64,000 nucleotides of DNA from Alphaproteobacteria bacterium (GTDB lineage: Bacteria; Pseudomonadota; Alphaproteobacteria; JAUXUR01), in contig JAUYSY010000088.1 of the NCBI GenBank assembly GCA_030696155.1, positions 7,014 to 71,013 of the forward strand. Reading direction: 5' to 3'. This document shows, piece by piece, positions 9,793 to 19,539 of this stretch. A program made the translations under genes and the position numbers. How positions within the stretch are numbered: the stretch's first letter is position 1; each line of letters starts with the position of its first letter. The notes below the pieces were generated by a model that was not told the origin of the DNA, ran no database searches, and was given only the letters and a program-made list of their open reading frames with translations.

Positions 9793-11280
9793 ATGTTAAT
9801 TTTGAATTCATTTCAAAACAATGCTGAGTGCAATGATTTTGTTATTAAATTCGAAATTAAAACAAAAAATTTAATTAAAAACAAAATAAATAACATATTT
9901 GAACTAACGGATGAATTTGGTAAAAAAATAATTTCTATAGTTCATTTAAGCACCTGGCAAACAACTAGATCTTCAAATCCATATGGAATCATTTTTTCTG
10001 TTCATCCCGAATTTCTAGAAGAAGCAATTGAAGAGCATTTTATATATGATAATCCATTTAAACATTCAACCGGAACTGGCCTTATGGTTCAAGATGAGTG
10101 TTTATATTCATATCCAATTAATAGCACATTAAATGAAAACAATGTGTTATTAAAGTATGATATAAATCAAAATAAGTTTTTTAGTTTAGATGAAATACAA
10201 TTTAACCCTTATTACACATTTTCTAATGATACTATATTAAGTGGCGATAGAAAAAACATTAAATTTACCAATTTTCCAGATTTAAAAGAATCCTTATCTG
10301 GAGCAATAGGTAACTATTTATTATCTGGAAATTTTATTTGTTTGGATTTTATTGTTGATAAAGAATCCGATCCAGATGGTATTGGATTTGTTGCATTAAA
10401 AATGTATAAATTTAGCACTGATGAAAATAAATGGAATTTTTTGCATTTATCTAGATTAAAAAATAAAAATGATTTTTTATATTGTATTTCCTGTCAACTT
10501 AATGAATTTATTTTATGCACATCTTATGGATGGATATATAAAGCATCTGAAAATGGAATAGAATGCATAGGTACTAATTATGATGGAATCAGCAATCAAC
10601 TTTATTGTGCTTTAAAATTCAACGATGAAGTGCTGTATGGACATTACCCATCAGGGCGCATTCACTTAATAACAGATACGCAACAAATAGATACAATGGA
10701 ACCTCCCATTCTTAATCCTGTTTGGCCAAATGAAAGAGAATTAATGGCCATGTGTCTTTATGCTGGCTCTGTTTATACTGGCATTTGGCCCTGGGGTGAA
10801 GTTTATAAAAAAAATATAAATACATCCGTTTGGGCCCAAGCAATGAGATGTTTTGATAAACCAGATTTTAATCAATTTAATGAAGCACCTTATAAAGATG
10901 TTATAGAAGCCAATGGGTTAAGTTTTGTTTATAATGAATTTGGACAAAGAGTTTATCATATCGTTCCCTATGATGAATATTTATTTTTATCAACGTGTGG
11001 AAAAAGTTCTTGTCCAAGAGATTTATGGAAAAATGCAGAAGATCATATTAATTTAGATGAATATGGAAAGATCCATTCAATCAAAATTAATGGCCAATAC
11101 ACACTTTATATTAAAGCATCAAGTAAGTTTACCTTGATTAAAATTGAAATACTTAATTCTTTACAAAAAATTAATATTTACATTGATAAAATACTTATAA
11201 AAACGCTAGAAAATTGCGTTGTTAAAATTCCTGATAAATATAATTATCAATTTTTTGATGAAAGCCGCATTAGAAGCTGA
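9793..11280 (+). CDS. Family-A paralog 2: hypothetical protein (no obvious signal peptide; possibly N-terminally truncated)
   Basis: Same conserved blocks as 105..1664 and 32392..33915. The C-terminal half shares long near-identical nucleotide stretches with 32392..33915. A stop lies a few codons upstream of the first Met. Confidence 0.6.
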   Translation: MLILNSFQNNAECNDFVIKFEIKTKNLIKNKINNIFELTDEFGKKIISIVHLSTWQTTRSSNPYGIIFSVHPEFLEEAIEEHFIYDNPFKHSTGTGLMVQDECLYSYPINSTLNENNVLLKYDINQNKFFSLDEIQFNPYYTFSNDTILSGDRKNIKFTNFPDLKESLSGAIGNYLLSGNFICLDFIVDKESDPDGIGFVALKMYKFSTDENKWNFLHLSRLKNKNDFLYCISCQLNEFILCTSYGWIYKASENGIECIGTNYDGISNQLYCALKFNDEVLYGHYPSGRIHLITDTQQIDTMEPPILNPVWPNERELMAMCLYAGSVYTGIWPWGEVYKKNINTSVWAQAMRCFDKPDFNQFNEAPYKDVIEANGLSFVYNEFGQRVYHIVPYDEYLFLSTCGKSSCPRDLWKNAEDHINLDEYGKIHSIKINGQYTLYIKASSKFTLIKIEILNSLQKINIYIDKILIKTLENCVVKIPDKYNYQFFDESRIRS

Positions 11281-11579
11281 GCGTATTTCGCAAAACTGTA
11301 CCATTCGCTAAAAAGATGGTTAAATCAAAATACAAATGGCCTGGTTCAACGACACCTTACAATACAGAAGAAAAAATATTAGAAGTTCAGAACAAACCAA
11401 AGAACAGACCACGAAAATCGTTAAGCTATAAAAAAACGTAGAGAGTTTTTTTATAGCCCATTAAAACAAATCCTGATTGTACATATCACTGTCGATTTAT
11501 CATTTACTATAAATTTAATTGGTTAAAAATGTCATTTTCTATGTTGTCTTTTACACAATTATTTTAACAACAAATTTTA

Positions 11580-12413
11580 CTAAATAGAACCATCAAGTGA
11601 TTCATCAATTTCGTCGATTAATTTATTTAAATTATCCTTAATCACAATTTTCTGTTGCAATGTAAGCTTTGAAAGAGATTTTTTTTGAATTTTCAATTCA
11701 TTTTCATTAAAAGCAAGCCTAAGAACTGAAAACGTTTTTTTTATCTTTTTAAAAGAAGCGTTCCCACTCATCCCTTTTATAAAATCAGCTTGCTCATCTT
11801 GTGAAGAAATATTGAAAAGTTTTCTTAGATTTTCGCGGCCGCGAAAATCTGTTTCCAAAATTAAATTCTGCACATCTGGATGAAGTGTGTTTAATTTAAT
11901 CAATTCTGAAATTTGAGAATTAGAAAGACCAACTTTAGACTTAAGTTCTGTCTGCCCTCCCCACCCAACTCTATCTATTAACGATTTTAAAGCACGCGCA
12001 ATTTCCATTGGATGCAAATCCTGACGTTGGACATTCTCAATAAGAGCAATTTCTTCCGCTTTGGCAAGATCCTCAACAATTATACATGGAATTTTTAACA
12101 ACCCAACAAGTTTTGCTGCTCTTAATCTACGCTCACCACTAATTACCTCAAAAACCAATTCATCACTTGAGCTTCTTAGTACAGTTAATGGTTGCCTAAT
12201 ACCATGCTCTTTTATAGTAACGGCAAGTTGTTCGATCTCCTCTTCGGAAAACAATTTTCTTGTTTGTTTATTATATGGCTTTAATTGATCAATAGAAAGA
12301 TACGCAACTTCATATCGTTTATCATCACTAAAAACACTTACTCTTTTTGAAACCGATGTATTTGAATTAAATTCATTGGATGTTATTCTAATTTTTGCAT
12401 TATCTATTTTCAT
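11580..12413 (-). CDS. parB: ParB/Spo0J-family partition protein
   Basis: ParB box ISGERRLRAAKLVG. Position immediately downstream of a ParA gene. Confidence 0.8.
   Translation of the reverse strand: MKIDNAKIRITSNEFNSNTSVSKRVSVFSDDKRYEVAYLSIDQLKPYNKQTRKLFSEEEIEQLAVTIKEHGIRQPLTVLRSSSDELVFEVISGERRLRAAKLVGLLKIPCIIVEDLAKAEEIALIENVQRQDLHPMEIARALKSLIDRVGWGGQTELKSKVGLSNSQISELIKLNTLHPDVQNLILETDFRGRENLRKLFNISSQDEQADFIKGMSGNASFKKIKKTFSVLRLAFNENELKIQKKSLSKLTLQQKIVIKDNLNKLIDEIDESLDGSI
11829..11848. promoter_or_regulatory. Candidate parS centromere site: 20-bp perfect GC-cored palindrome ATTTTCGCGGCCGCGAAAAT (inside parB)
   Basis: Perfect palindrome read directly. GC-rich core in an AT-rich background. 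A near-identical copy lies in the parA-parB intergenic region. Confidence 0.45.
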
Positions 12414-12428
12414 ATAAAACCCTAAAAC

Positions 12429-12444
12429 TTTCGCGGCCGCGAAA
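12429..12444. promoter_or_regulatory. Candidate parS site: 16-bp perfect palindrome TTTCGCGGCCGCGAAA between parA stop and parB start
   Basis: Perfect palindrome read directly. 18 of 20 positions match the 11829..11848 copy. Confidence 0.45.
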
Positions 12445-12445
12445 A

Positions 12446-13426
12446 TTAAGCAGCCACTTTAACATTACTATTTTTAGAACTTTGCTGTACAAGCTCATGA
12501 ACTAAATCCATTACATCTTCAAAAGCAGCAGACCTTGATTTGCAGAAAGCAGAAATTGGAAGTCTCATTTTTGCAGCAATGTTTATATCTTCTGATTTTC
12601 TCACGACAGATCCCATAACATGGTTTCCATAATTCACCCTAAGAGCACCCAACACCTCTTGAGCGATGGCCGTCTTAATCTCATACTTATTAGGTATAAT
12701 ACAATAATTGGGATTTAACCCCATGTCATGATAAAAATTATTCATCTCATTAATAAAAACACCCAAACCATTAAGACTGAACGGCTGTGTTTCACATACA
12801 ATATTAAGCCTATCACAAGCAACAAGAGCATTAAGATTAAGCGTACTAATTGTAGGGTTACAATCCATAATGATAAAATCATAATCTTCACACAGTGGAT
12901 CTAAAATGAGTTTTAGCTTTTCTTCTCTCTTATTTTTAGAACTTAACGGAACCTCGATCCTTGTCACCGATATATTTGAAGGAATAAGATCTAATCCAGG
13001 CATAACTTTTACAATAGCATCATCAACAGAAACACCATTTATCATAATATCATATATTGTTGGACCACTCCAATCTTCTGGAACATTCATTACATTTGAT
13101 AAATGTCCCTGAGGATCTAAATCAATGCATAAAACTTTAAAACCCAAAAGAGATAAATGCGTAGCAACCTGATAACACATACTTGTTTTACCAGTACCAC
13201 CTTTAAAATTATAAAAAACATGTATTTTTTGAAAGATTGGTCTTTTGTGACTGGCATAAACCAAATCTGTAATTTCACGCGTAACTGAAAATGGATAACG
13301 CTTTGTATAATTATTATCATTATGAATTGGCTGAATATTTTGAGACACAATTAACCTTGACACAATAAGTGGTGTCGCTTGGCAAAGCTGTGCAATCATA
13401 GCTTGATTATAGGTGATGTTTTCCAT
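12446..13426 (-). CDS. parA: ParA/MinD-family partition ATPase (with N-terminal extension)
   Basis: Deviant Walker A FKGGTGKTS, followed by CIDLDPQG. 326 aa with ~70-aa N-terminal extension typical of type Ia ParA. Confidence 0.9.
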   Translation of the reverse strand: MENITYNQAMIAQLCQATPLIVSRLIVSQNIQPIHNDNNYTKRYPFSVTREITDLVYASHKRPIFQKIHVFYNFKGGTGKTSMCYQVATHLSLLGFKVLCIDLDPQGHLSNVMNVPEDWSGPTIYDIMINGVSVDDAIVKVMPGLDLIPSNISVTRIEVPLSSKNKREEKLKLILDPLCEDYDFIIMDCNPTISTLNLNALVACDRLNIVCETQPFSLNGLGVFINEMNNFYHDMGLNPNYCIIPNKYEIKTAIAQEVLGALRVNYGNHVMGSVVRKSEDINIAAKMRLPISAFCKSRSAAFEDVMDLVHELVQQSSKNSNVKVAA

Positions 13427-13678
13427 TTTTATCTCTTAATCTAGTCTTATTGGATAATTACATAAATTTTTACAAGATACAAGTTATATTCAATTAAATC
13501 AAAAAACGTATCATGCTTCTTTTTTAGCTTTTAAGCATAATCCAAAAAATAATAACATTTTCTTTGATTGTTAAAAATTCCCCCTTGACAAGAAGAGTTG
13601 ATTTGTTGGTTAATAGGATATGAATTTTGGGAAAGTTTAAAAAAACATTTTCGTAAAATTTAAATTTTAAACACAAAC

Positions 13679-13711
13679 AAAAAAAACCTTCTGCTATAAC
13701 AGAAGGTTTTT
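13679..13711. other. Perfect stem-loop flanked by an A-run and a T-run (AAAAAAAACCTTCTG-ctataa-CAGAAGGTTTTT) in the parA/rep divergent intergenic region
   Basis: 7-bp perfect stem and 6-nt loop with A8 upstream and T5 downstream. Bidirectional terminator-like, but not at the 3' end of either flanking gene. Confidence 0.4.
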
Positions 13712-13839
13712 CTTACACATGAGCTTCAACACGCTCAAGATCACACAAAGTATCTTGAGTCTATAACAAACAATACGTAATGTCAAACAAATGTTGTTGC
13801 TTGTATGTGTATTAACTTATAAAGAGTTGGATCACACAC

Positions 13840-14943
13840 ATGATAAAATCTAAAGTTTTATTACAAGAAGATAAGTGTCTTGTTATGCAGCCGGAACTTA
13901 TTAAAATTGCGGGCAAATCAGCAGCATTATTATTACAACAAATTCATTATTGGATTAGTAATGAAAATGTTCAGGGTAAAATTCATAACAAAATGAAGTG
14001 GATTGCAAATTCCTACGAAGCATGGACTTCTGACATTAAAATAATATCAAGAAGCACTATTGGAAGATCAATAAATACATTAAAAAACTTAGGCATTCTA
14101 TTTGTTGAAAAATTGTCTGATTTTAAAAACAATAGAACAAATTGGTATACAATCAATTATAATCGTATTACTGAAATATTATCTATCCCTAGTATTGATC
14201 ATTCCGTACAAACTTCTTCGCATTTAAACGCTATCCCTGATCAAAATGTTATAGATGAACAATTCAAAATGAGCCCATGTTCAATTCAAAATGAGCCGAT
14301 GTATATAGATAAGAAAACAAACAAAGATATCTTAATAAATCTTAATAAATCAATAAATAATTCTTTTTCTGTAATTAAAAAAGAAAAAATAAAAAAGCCG
14401 TTGACAAAACAAATGATTGATATTTGGAATGAAATAATTAATCCGGATGTAAATTATGAACTTACTAAAAATAGATGTAAGTTTCTTGTTGCAGCTCTTA
14501 AATATAAGTTTAATTATGACATAACACAATGGAAAAATTATTGTTTTAAAATAAGTAGCAGTGATTATTTAATGGGAAAAATTAAAAATGGATTTAAAAT
14601 TTCTTTGGATACTATTTTAAAATTTGATTTTATTCAAAAAATTTTTGAAAAACAATTTGGTGTTAAAGATTTAAAAACTTCTTTTGAAACCGAAGAAAAC
14701 ATTCATCAAAAAATTGATGATACTAAATTACCATACGAAATAAAAGAAATACATCATAAAATTTGTGAAAAAATAGGTACTGCAAAATATATTTCTTGGT
14801 TTAAAGATACGAAAATATTTAAATTATCAAATTCAATAGATATTTTTGTTGATAATAATTTTAAAAAACAATGGATAGGAACAAACTATCAACGTGATCT
14901 TGAGAATTTATTTGGCATAAAAATTAAGATTATTATTAATTAA
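13840..14943 (+). CDS. Putative replication initiator / wHTH DNA-binding protein (divergent from parAB)
   Basis: N-terminal winged-helix-like segment (ISRSTIGRSINTLKNLGILFVEKL), as in DnaD/RepA-type initiators. The position opposite parAB across a 413-bp AT-rich spacer supports the call. The functional assignment is inference. Confidence 0.35.
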   Translation: MIKSKVLLQEDKCLVMQPELIKIAGKSAALLLQQIHYWISNENVQGKIHNKMKWIANSYEAWTSDIKIISRSTIGRSINTLKNLGILFVEKLSDFKNNRTNWYTINYNRITEILSIPSIDHSVQTSSHLNAIPDQNVIDEQFKMSPCSIQNEPMYIDKKTNKDILINLNKSINNSFSVIKKEKIKKPLTKQMIDIWNEIINPDVNYELTKNRCKFLVAALKYKFNYDITQWKNYCFKISSSDYLMGKIKNGFKISLDTILKFDFIQKIFEKQFGVKDLKTSFETEENIHQKIDDTKLPYEIKEIHHKICEKIGTAKYISWFKDTKIFKLSNSIDIFVDNNFKKQWIGTNYQRDLENLFGIKIKIIIN

Positions 14944-15075
14944 AAAGGTTATACAGGTTTAAAAATATGATGTTTATAAATAAGTATCAATTATTTTTTT
15001 GTTTAAACTTTTGAAAGTGTATCATATGATCTTTAATCTAGTTTTTATTCTGCAGTAAATGTGATATAAAAAAAT

Positions 15076-16239
15076 ATGAAAATTTTATTAACCGCAGGCA
15101 TTAATATAAATCAAAACAACGCATGTTCAATTAATTTTTTAAGAACAGCAAATTCTTTTTCTTATCTATCAAATGATGAAATCATTATTTTTACTGCTGA
15201 AAAAAATTCAAAATTATTTTCAATATTAAAAAAAAATAATATTATTAAAAAAAGTGGTTATTTTAATAAAAAACTTCCAAATTCAATAAATTTTCTTATT
15301 AATATTCCTAAAATTTTAAATATTGTTAGAAAAGAACATATTGATATTGTTTATATACGTTATAATCTTATGAGCTTTTTTCTAGTATTTTTTATAAGAT
15401 TTTTTTCAAATACTTTTATCGTAACAGAACATCACGGATGGGTTGAAGATGAATTAAAATCGAACAAAAAAAGTAAACTTGTTTCATTTTTATTTAAAAA
15501 ACTTCAAATATTAGATGTTAAAATGGCTCACTTAGCACGTGTAGTCGTGGATGGTATAAAAGAAAAATTTGTTAATAATGGAATAAGACAAGAAAAAATA
15601 GTTGTTTTTCAAAATGGTACCGATATTGCTTCTTTTGAAGATAAAAAGAATTTTAAAAAAATAAAATCAGATTATTATAAAATAGGATTTATAGGAAATT
15701 TAGCTGCGTGGCAAGGTGTACATATTGCGTTAATGGCAATGCCTATCATTCTTAAACATAGAAAAGATATAAAATTAATAATTATTGGAGATGGCCCTGA
15801 AAAGAAAAATCTTGAGCAGCTGTCTCATTCTTTAAATTTAAAAAACAATGTTGATTTTTGCGGGGAAGTTTCTTTTCAAGATGTTCCTTTAGTGTTGTCT
15901 GATTTTGATATTGCTATTGCACCTTTTACCTCTGAAAGAAATAAAAAAATTGGATTAAGTCCTATTAAAATTAGGGATTATGCAGCATCAGGGCTTGCAA
16001 TCATCTCTTCTGATATTAAAGGGATTTCTGATTATGATTGGCTTATTAAAGTGCAGCCAGATGATCCGGAAGCCTTGGCAAAAAATATTTTACATTTGGT
16101 TGAAAATGAACCCCTTAGAAAGAGTCTTCAAGAAAAATCAAAAAATTACGCTTTTGAGCATTTTGATGTAAAAATAATAGGTGCAGCCATTATGGCTGAA
16201 ATTACAAAAATAAAAAACAAACAATTAAGTGGCAAATAA
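15076..16239 (+). CDS. Glycosyltransferase family 1 (GT-B, GT4-like)
   Basis: C-terminal GT1 signature region IGFIGNLAAWQGV...IIIGDGPEKKNLEQL...FCGEVSFQDVPLVLSDFDIAIAPF. Confidence 0.85.
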   Translation: MKILLTAGININQNNACSINFLRTANSFSYLSNDEIIIFTAEKNSKLFSILKKNNIIKKSGYFNKKLPNSINFLINIPKILNIVRKEHIDIVYIRYNLMSFFLVFFIRFFSNTFIVTEHHGWVEDELKSNKKSKLVSFLFKKLQILDVKMAHLARVVVDGIKEKFVNNGIRQEKIVVFQNGTDIASFEDKKNFKKIKSDYYKIGFIGNLAAWQGVHIALMAMPIILKHRKDIKLIIIGDGPEKKNLEQLSHSLNLKNNVDFCGEVSFQDVPLVLSDFDIAIAPFTSERNKKIGLSPIKIRDYAASGLAIISSDIKGISDYDWLIKVQPDDPEALAKNILHLVENEPLRKSLQEKSKNYAFEHFDVKIIGAAIMAEITKIKNKQLSGK

Positions 16240-16245
16240 TATAAA

Positions 16246-18096
16246 ATGTGTGGTATTTGGTTTTCATTTTCACGAGAAATATCATCAAATGTAATTGATA
16301 TCATTAAACACCGTGGTCCAGATGATGCAGACTTTTTAAAGTTCGAATCTTCATTCGGCCCAATTTTTATGGGGCATAGACGTCTTTCAATTGTTGATGC
16401 GTCTTCTGCGGGTCATCAACCTATGGAAGATACAATTCATTCGTTGTGGATTACGTATAATGGAGAGATTTACAATTATAAAGATTTACGCCAAGAACTT
16501 GAAGGATTTGGACATCAGTTTAAAACTAATACAGACACAGAGGTTATTTTAAAATCTTATGTTCAATGGGGCGAAACATGTCTTCATAAATTTTCTGGGA
16601 TGTTTTCTTTTGTAATTTATGATAAAAAATCAGACCATATTTTTGTGGCAAGAGATCCATTTGGCATAAAGCCACTATATTATTATCAAAAAGGAAATTT
16701 TTTAGCTTTTGCATCGGAGATAAAACAATTTACGTGTTTAGAAGATTTTGAACGGCGTATTCACAAAAAACGTGCTTATGATTTTTTAAAAAATGGTATT
16801 TTTGATCATCGCGACGACACTCTTTTTGATGAAGTGAAGCAAATAAGGGGCGGGGAGTGTGCGTTTATTTCTTTAAAGGATTTTAAAAAGACACACTCTT
16901 TTAAGAAAAAAAAATGGTATGTGTTACCACATCCTGATTCAATTCAAATAACACTCAAAGACGCAATTGATCAATTTAGAGAAAAATTCAAAAAATCAGT
17001 TCAAGAACATCTTATGTCTGAGGTGCCTATTGGTTTTTGTCTTTCGGGTGGGTTGGATAGTTCGTCAATTGTAGGTATGGCCGATTATTTAAAAAATACA
17101 AAAGAACTTGTTACGATTAGTGCATGTTATAATGATAAATTTTTTGATGAAAGAGAATTTATTAAAGCTGTTGTTGATAAAACAAATTGTACTTCTCATT
17201 TTATTTTTCCAAAAGAAGAAGATCTTTTGGCTGATATCAAAAAAATAACATGGCATCAAGATGAACCATTTGGAAGCATGAGTATTTTTGCTCAATGGTC
17301 TGTTTTTAAAGAGGCGCATCAACATGGTTTAAAAGTAATGCTGGACGGGCAAGGTGCTGATGAACAACTTGCAGGTTATCTGTTTATGATGCCGCATTAT
17401 ATGAAGTGGCTTTTAGCGCGTCATCAATATATTGATTTTGCAAGTTTTGCTCTTAATTTTTCAATGAGCGAGCCTGTTTTTGTTTTAAGGTCACTAAAAA
17501 GATTATTTAACAAAAAAAATAAATCAAAAGAATTAATAATTAATAATAATTATTTTTTAGAAAATGAAGAAAATTATTCAACAGAAAAAAATGCATTAGA
17601 CTATTTAGATCTATCAACTTCTTCTGATATTGGTAATTTATGTTCTGCTTACGTTCAGTCTCTTCATTTACCAATGTTATTGCATTATGAAGATAGAAAT
17701 TCCATGGCACATTCGATAGAAGCACGTGTTCCATTTTTGGATCCAAAACTTGTTGAGCTTTCTATTGCTCTTGGTAATTCATATAAATATAAAAATGGGT
17801 ATACAAAAGTACTTATAAGAGAAGCAATGAAGGATATTTTACCATCTAAAATTTATAAAAGAAAAAGCAAATTAGGGTTCTCTGTTCCTGAAACAAAGTG
17901 GATTAGGGGTACCTTAAAGAATTTTATAAAAAATTCAATTGGTAAAGCATGTAATAAATTTCCAGAATTTTTTGACAAAAGTTCATTAATGGATTATTTA
18001 GGAGAGAGCTTAAATGGATCACACCATTTTGATTTCACTTTATGGCGTATAGCGAGTTTTGGAGAATGGTCTGATATGTTTGATGTTAAATTATAA
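16246..18096 (+). CDS. asnB: Asparagine synthetase B-like glutamine-dependent amidotransferase (WbpS-like, as found in polysaccharide loci)
   Basis: MCGIW N-terminal Cys2, HRRLSIVD, and PP-loop SGGLDSS. 616 aa. Confidence 0.9.
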   Translation: MCGIWFSFSREISSNVIDIIKHRGPDDADFLKFESSFGPIFMGHRRLSIVDASSAGHQPMEDTIHSLWITYNGEIYNYKDLRQELEGFGHQFKTNTDTEVILKSYVQWGETCLHKFSGMFSFVIYDKKSDHIFVARDPFGIKPLYYYQKGNFLAFASEIKQFTCLEDFERRIHKKRAYDFLKNGIFDHRDDTLFDEVKQIRGGECAFISLKDFKKTHSFKKKKWYVLPHPDSIQITLKDAIDQFREKFKKSVQEHLMSEVPIGFCLSGGLDSSSIVGMADYLKNTKELVTISACYNDKFFDEREFIKAVVDKTNCTSHFIFPKEEDLLADIKKITWHQDEPFGSMSIFAQWSVFKEAHQHGLKVMLDGQGADEQLAGYLFMMPHYMKWLLARHQYIDFASFALNFSMSEPVFVLRSLKRLFNKKNKSKELIINNNYFLENEENYSTEKNALDYLDLSTSSDIGNLCSAYVQSLHLPMLLHYEDRNSMAHSIEARVPFLDPKLVELSIALGNSYKYKNGYTKVLIREAMKDILPSKIYKRKSKLGFSVPETKWIRGTLKNFIKNSIGKACNKFPEFFDKSSLMDYLGESLNGSHHFDFTLWRIASFGEWSDMFDVKL

Positions 18097-19539
18097 ATGA
18101 CATATATATATTTAATAATAAAAATTTTAAATATATTTTTTATAGCTCCAGCAAGTATATATGCTTTTTTATGCTCTACTCAAATTAAAATTAGATATAA
18201 TATTATATATTCTTATGTTTTTGCTTTTGGTTTAATTCCATGGTTTTATATATTATTATTAAGAGTATTTCCATACCAACATTCTGGATTTTATATATTA
18301 TTAACCATTATTCCTTTTGTCTCTTTGTTGGTTTTGAAAGCTAAATTCTTTAGGTTTTTTTTGAATGAATTTTGTATGCTAAAATCAATTGCAAAAAAAA
18401 TAAATAAATTTTCTTTTTTTTGTTTTCTTTTTATGATTTTTTTCATTATGTTATGGTTTTTAAAAAAACCATTGCTTGGAAATGATCCATTGCAATATTT
18501 TTATCTTTCAAATCTTATAGATAATTTAAAGGAAATTTCTTTCTATCCATCAACGACTGCTGTTGATGAAAGAGGGTTTGTTGTACCATGGTCTCATCCT
18601 TTGGGATATCCAGGTCTTCTTGCCTGGGGTAGGCTTGGATTATCGAAAGATATTGGTCTTTTCTTTGCAAAGATATGTTCATTTTCAATGACATTTTTTC
18701 TTGCTTTAGCGCTTATTATTGTTCTTTATAAAGAAACAACTCGTTTTAATTTTTGGGCCTCTTTGTTGTTACTAACAACACCTTTATGTTTAAGTGGTGC
18801 ACTTGAATGCCATATTGATTCAAGTCGTATGCTTCTTTTTTTTGCTTCTTTTTTGCTTGTCTATGAATATCTTAAAAATGTTTCAGAAAAAATTATTTTT
18901 CAGAAAGATGTCATTTATTTTTTAATTTTAGGTACTTCATTTGGCTTTTCTTGGTTTTATCATTCATCTGGCATATTAACATATGTTATATGTATGGGGG
19001 TGTTTTCAATCATTTTTCTTTTAAATCAAAGGAAAGAAATGTCGTTTTATGTAATGCTAAAAAAGTATATTCCTTTGATTTTTTTGACGACTTTGACAAT
19101 GGTTTTAATTGTTTGTGTTGATTTATATAATTCGTTTAAGGTTCATGGAAAAATTTTAGCAGATTTAGAAAATATAAAAATAATTAATTTTATGTCAGAT
19201 GAATACAAAATGTATTTTGATTTAAGTAGAGGTATAAAGACTTTATGTGATAAATTTGTATTTGGTATTTTTAAAATATTTACAGAAATAAGTATATTTG
19301 GTATTGTTTATTTTTTATTTATTATTTCTTTGTTTTTGTCTATAAAAATGATAAAAACTAATAATATTTTAACTATATATAATTTTTCAATATTTTTTGT
19401 TTTTATCTTTTATTTGTTTGTTGTTTTTGCAACAATTGCTGGCGTTGGTACATTTGCATTTAATCCAAGGTATTTACTTCAAATTCATCCTATTGTTTGT
19501 CTCGTCGTAGCGCTTCAGATGAAAAGGATATGGAGATGA
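18097..19539 (+). CDS. Polytopic membrane GT-C fold glycosyltransferase-like protein (paralog of 3391..4830)
   Basis: GNDPLQY loop motif and WSHPLGYPGLLAWG block. Multi-TM. Start abuts the asnB stop (TAAATG). Confidence 0.55.
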   Translation: MTYIYLIIKILNIFFIAPASIYAFLCSTQIKIRYNIIYSYVFAFGLIPWFYILLLRVFPYQHSGFYILLTIIPFVSLLVLKAKFFRFFLNEFCMLKSIAKKINKFSFFCFLFMIFFIMLWFLKKPLLGNDPLQYFYLSNLIDNLKEISFYPSTTAVDERGFVVPWSHPLGYPGLLAWGRLGLSKDIGLFFAKICSFSMTFFLALALIIVLYKETTRFNFWASLLLLTTPLCLSGALECHIDSSRMLLFFASFLLVYEYLKNVSEKIIFQKDVIYFLILGTSFGFSWFYHSSGILTYVICMGVFSIIFLLNQRKEMSFYVMLKKYIPLIFLTTLTMVLIVCVDLYNSFKVHGKILADLENIKIINFMSDEYKMYFDLSRGIKTLCDKFVFGIFKIFTEISIFGIVYFLFIISLFLSIKMIKTNNILTIYNFSIFFVFIFYLFVVFATIAGVGTFAFNPRYLLQIHPIVCLVVALQMKRIWR

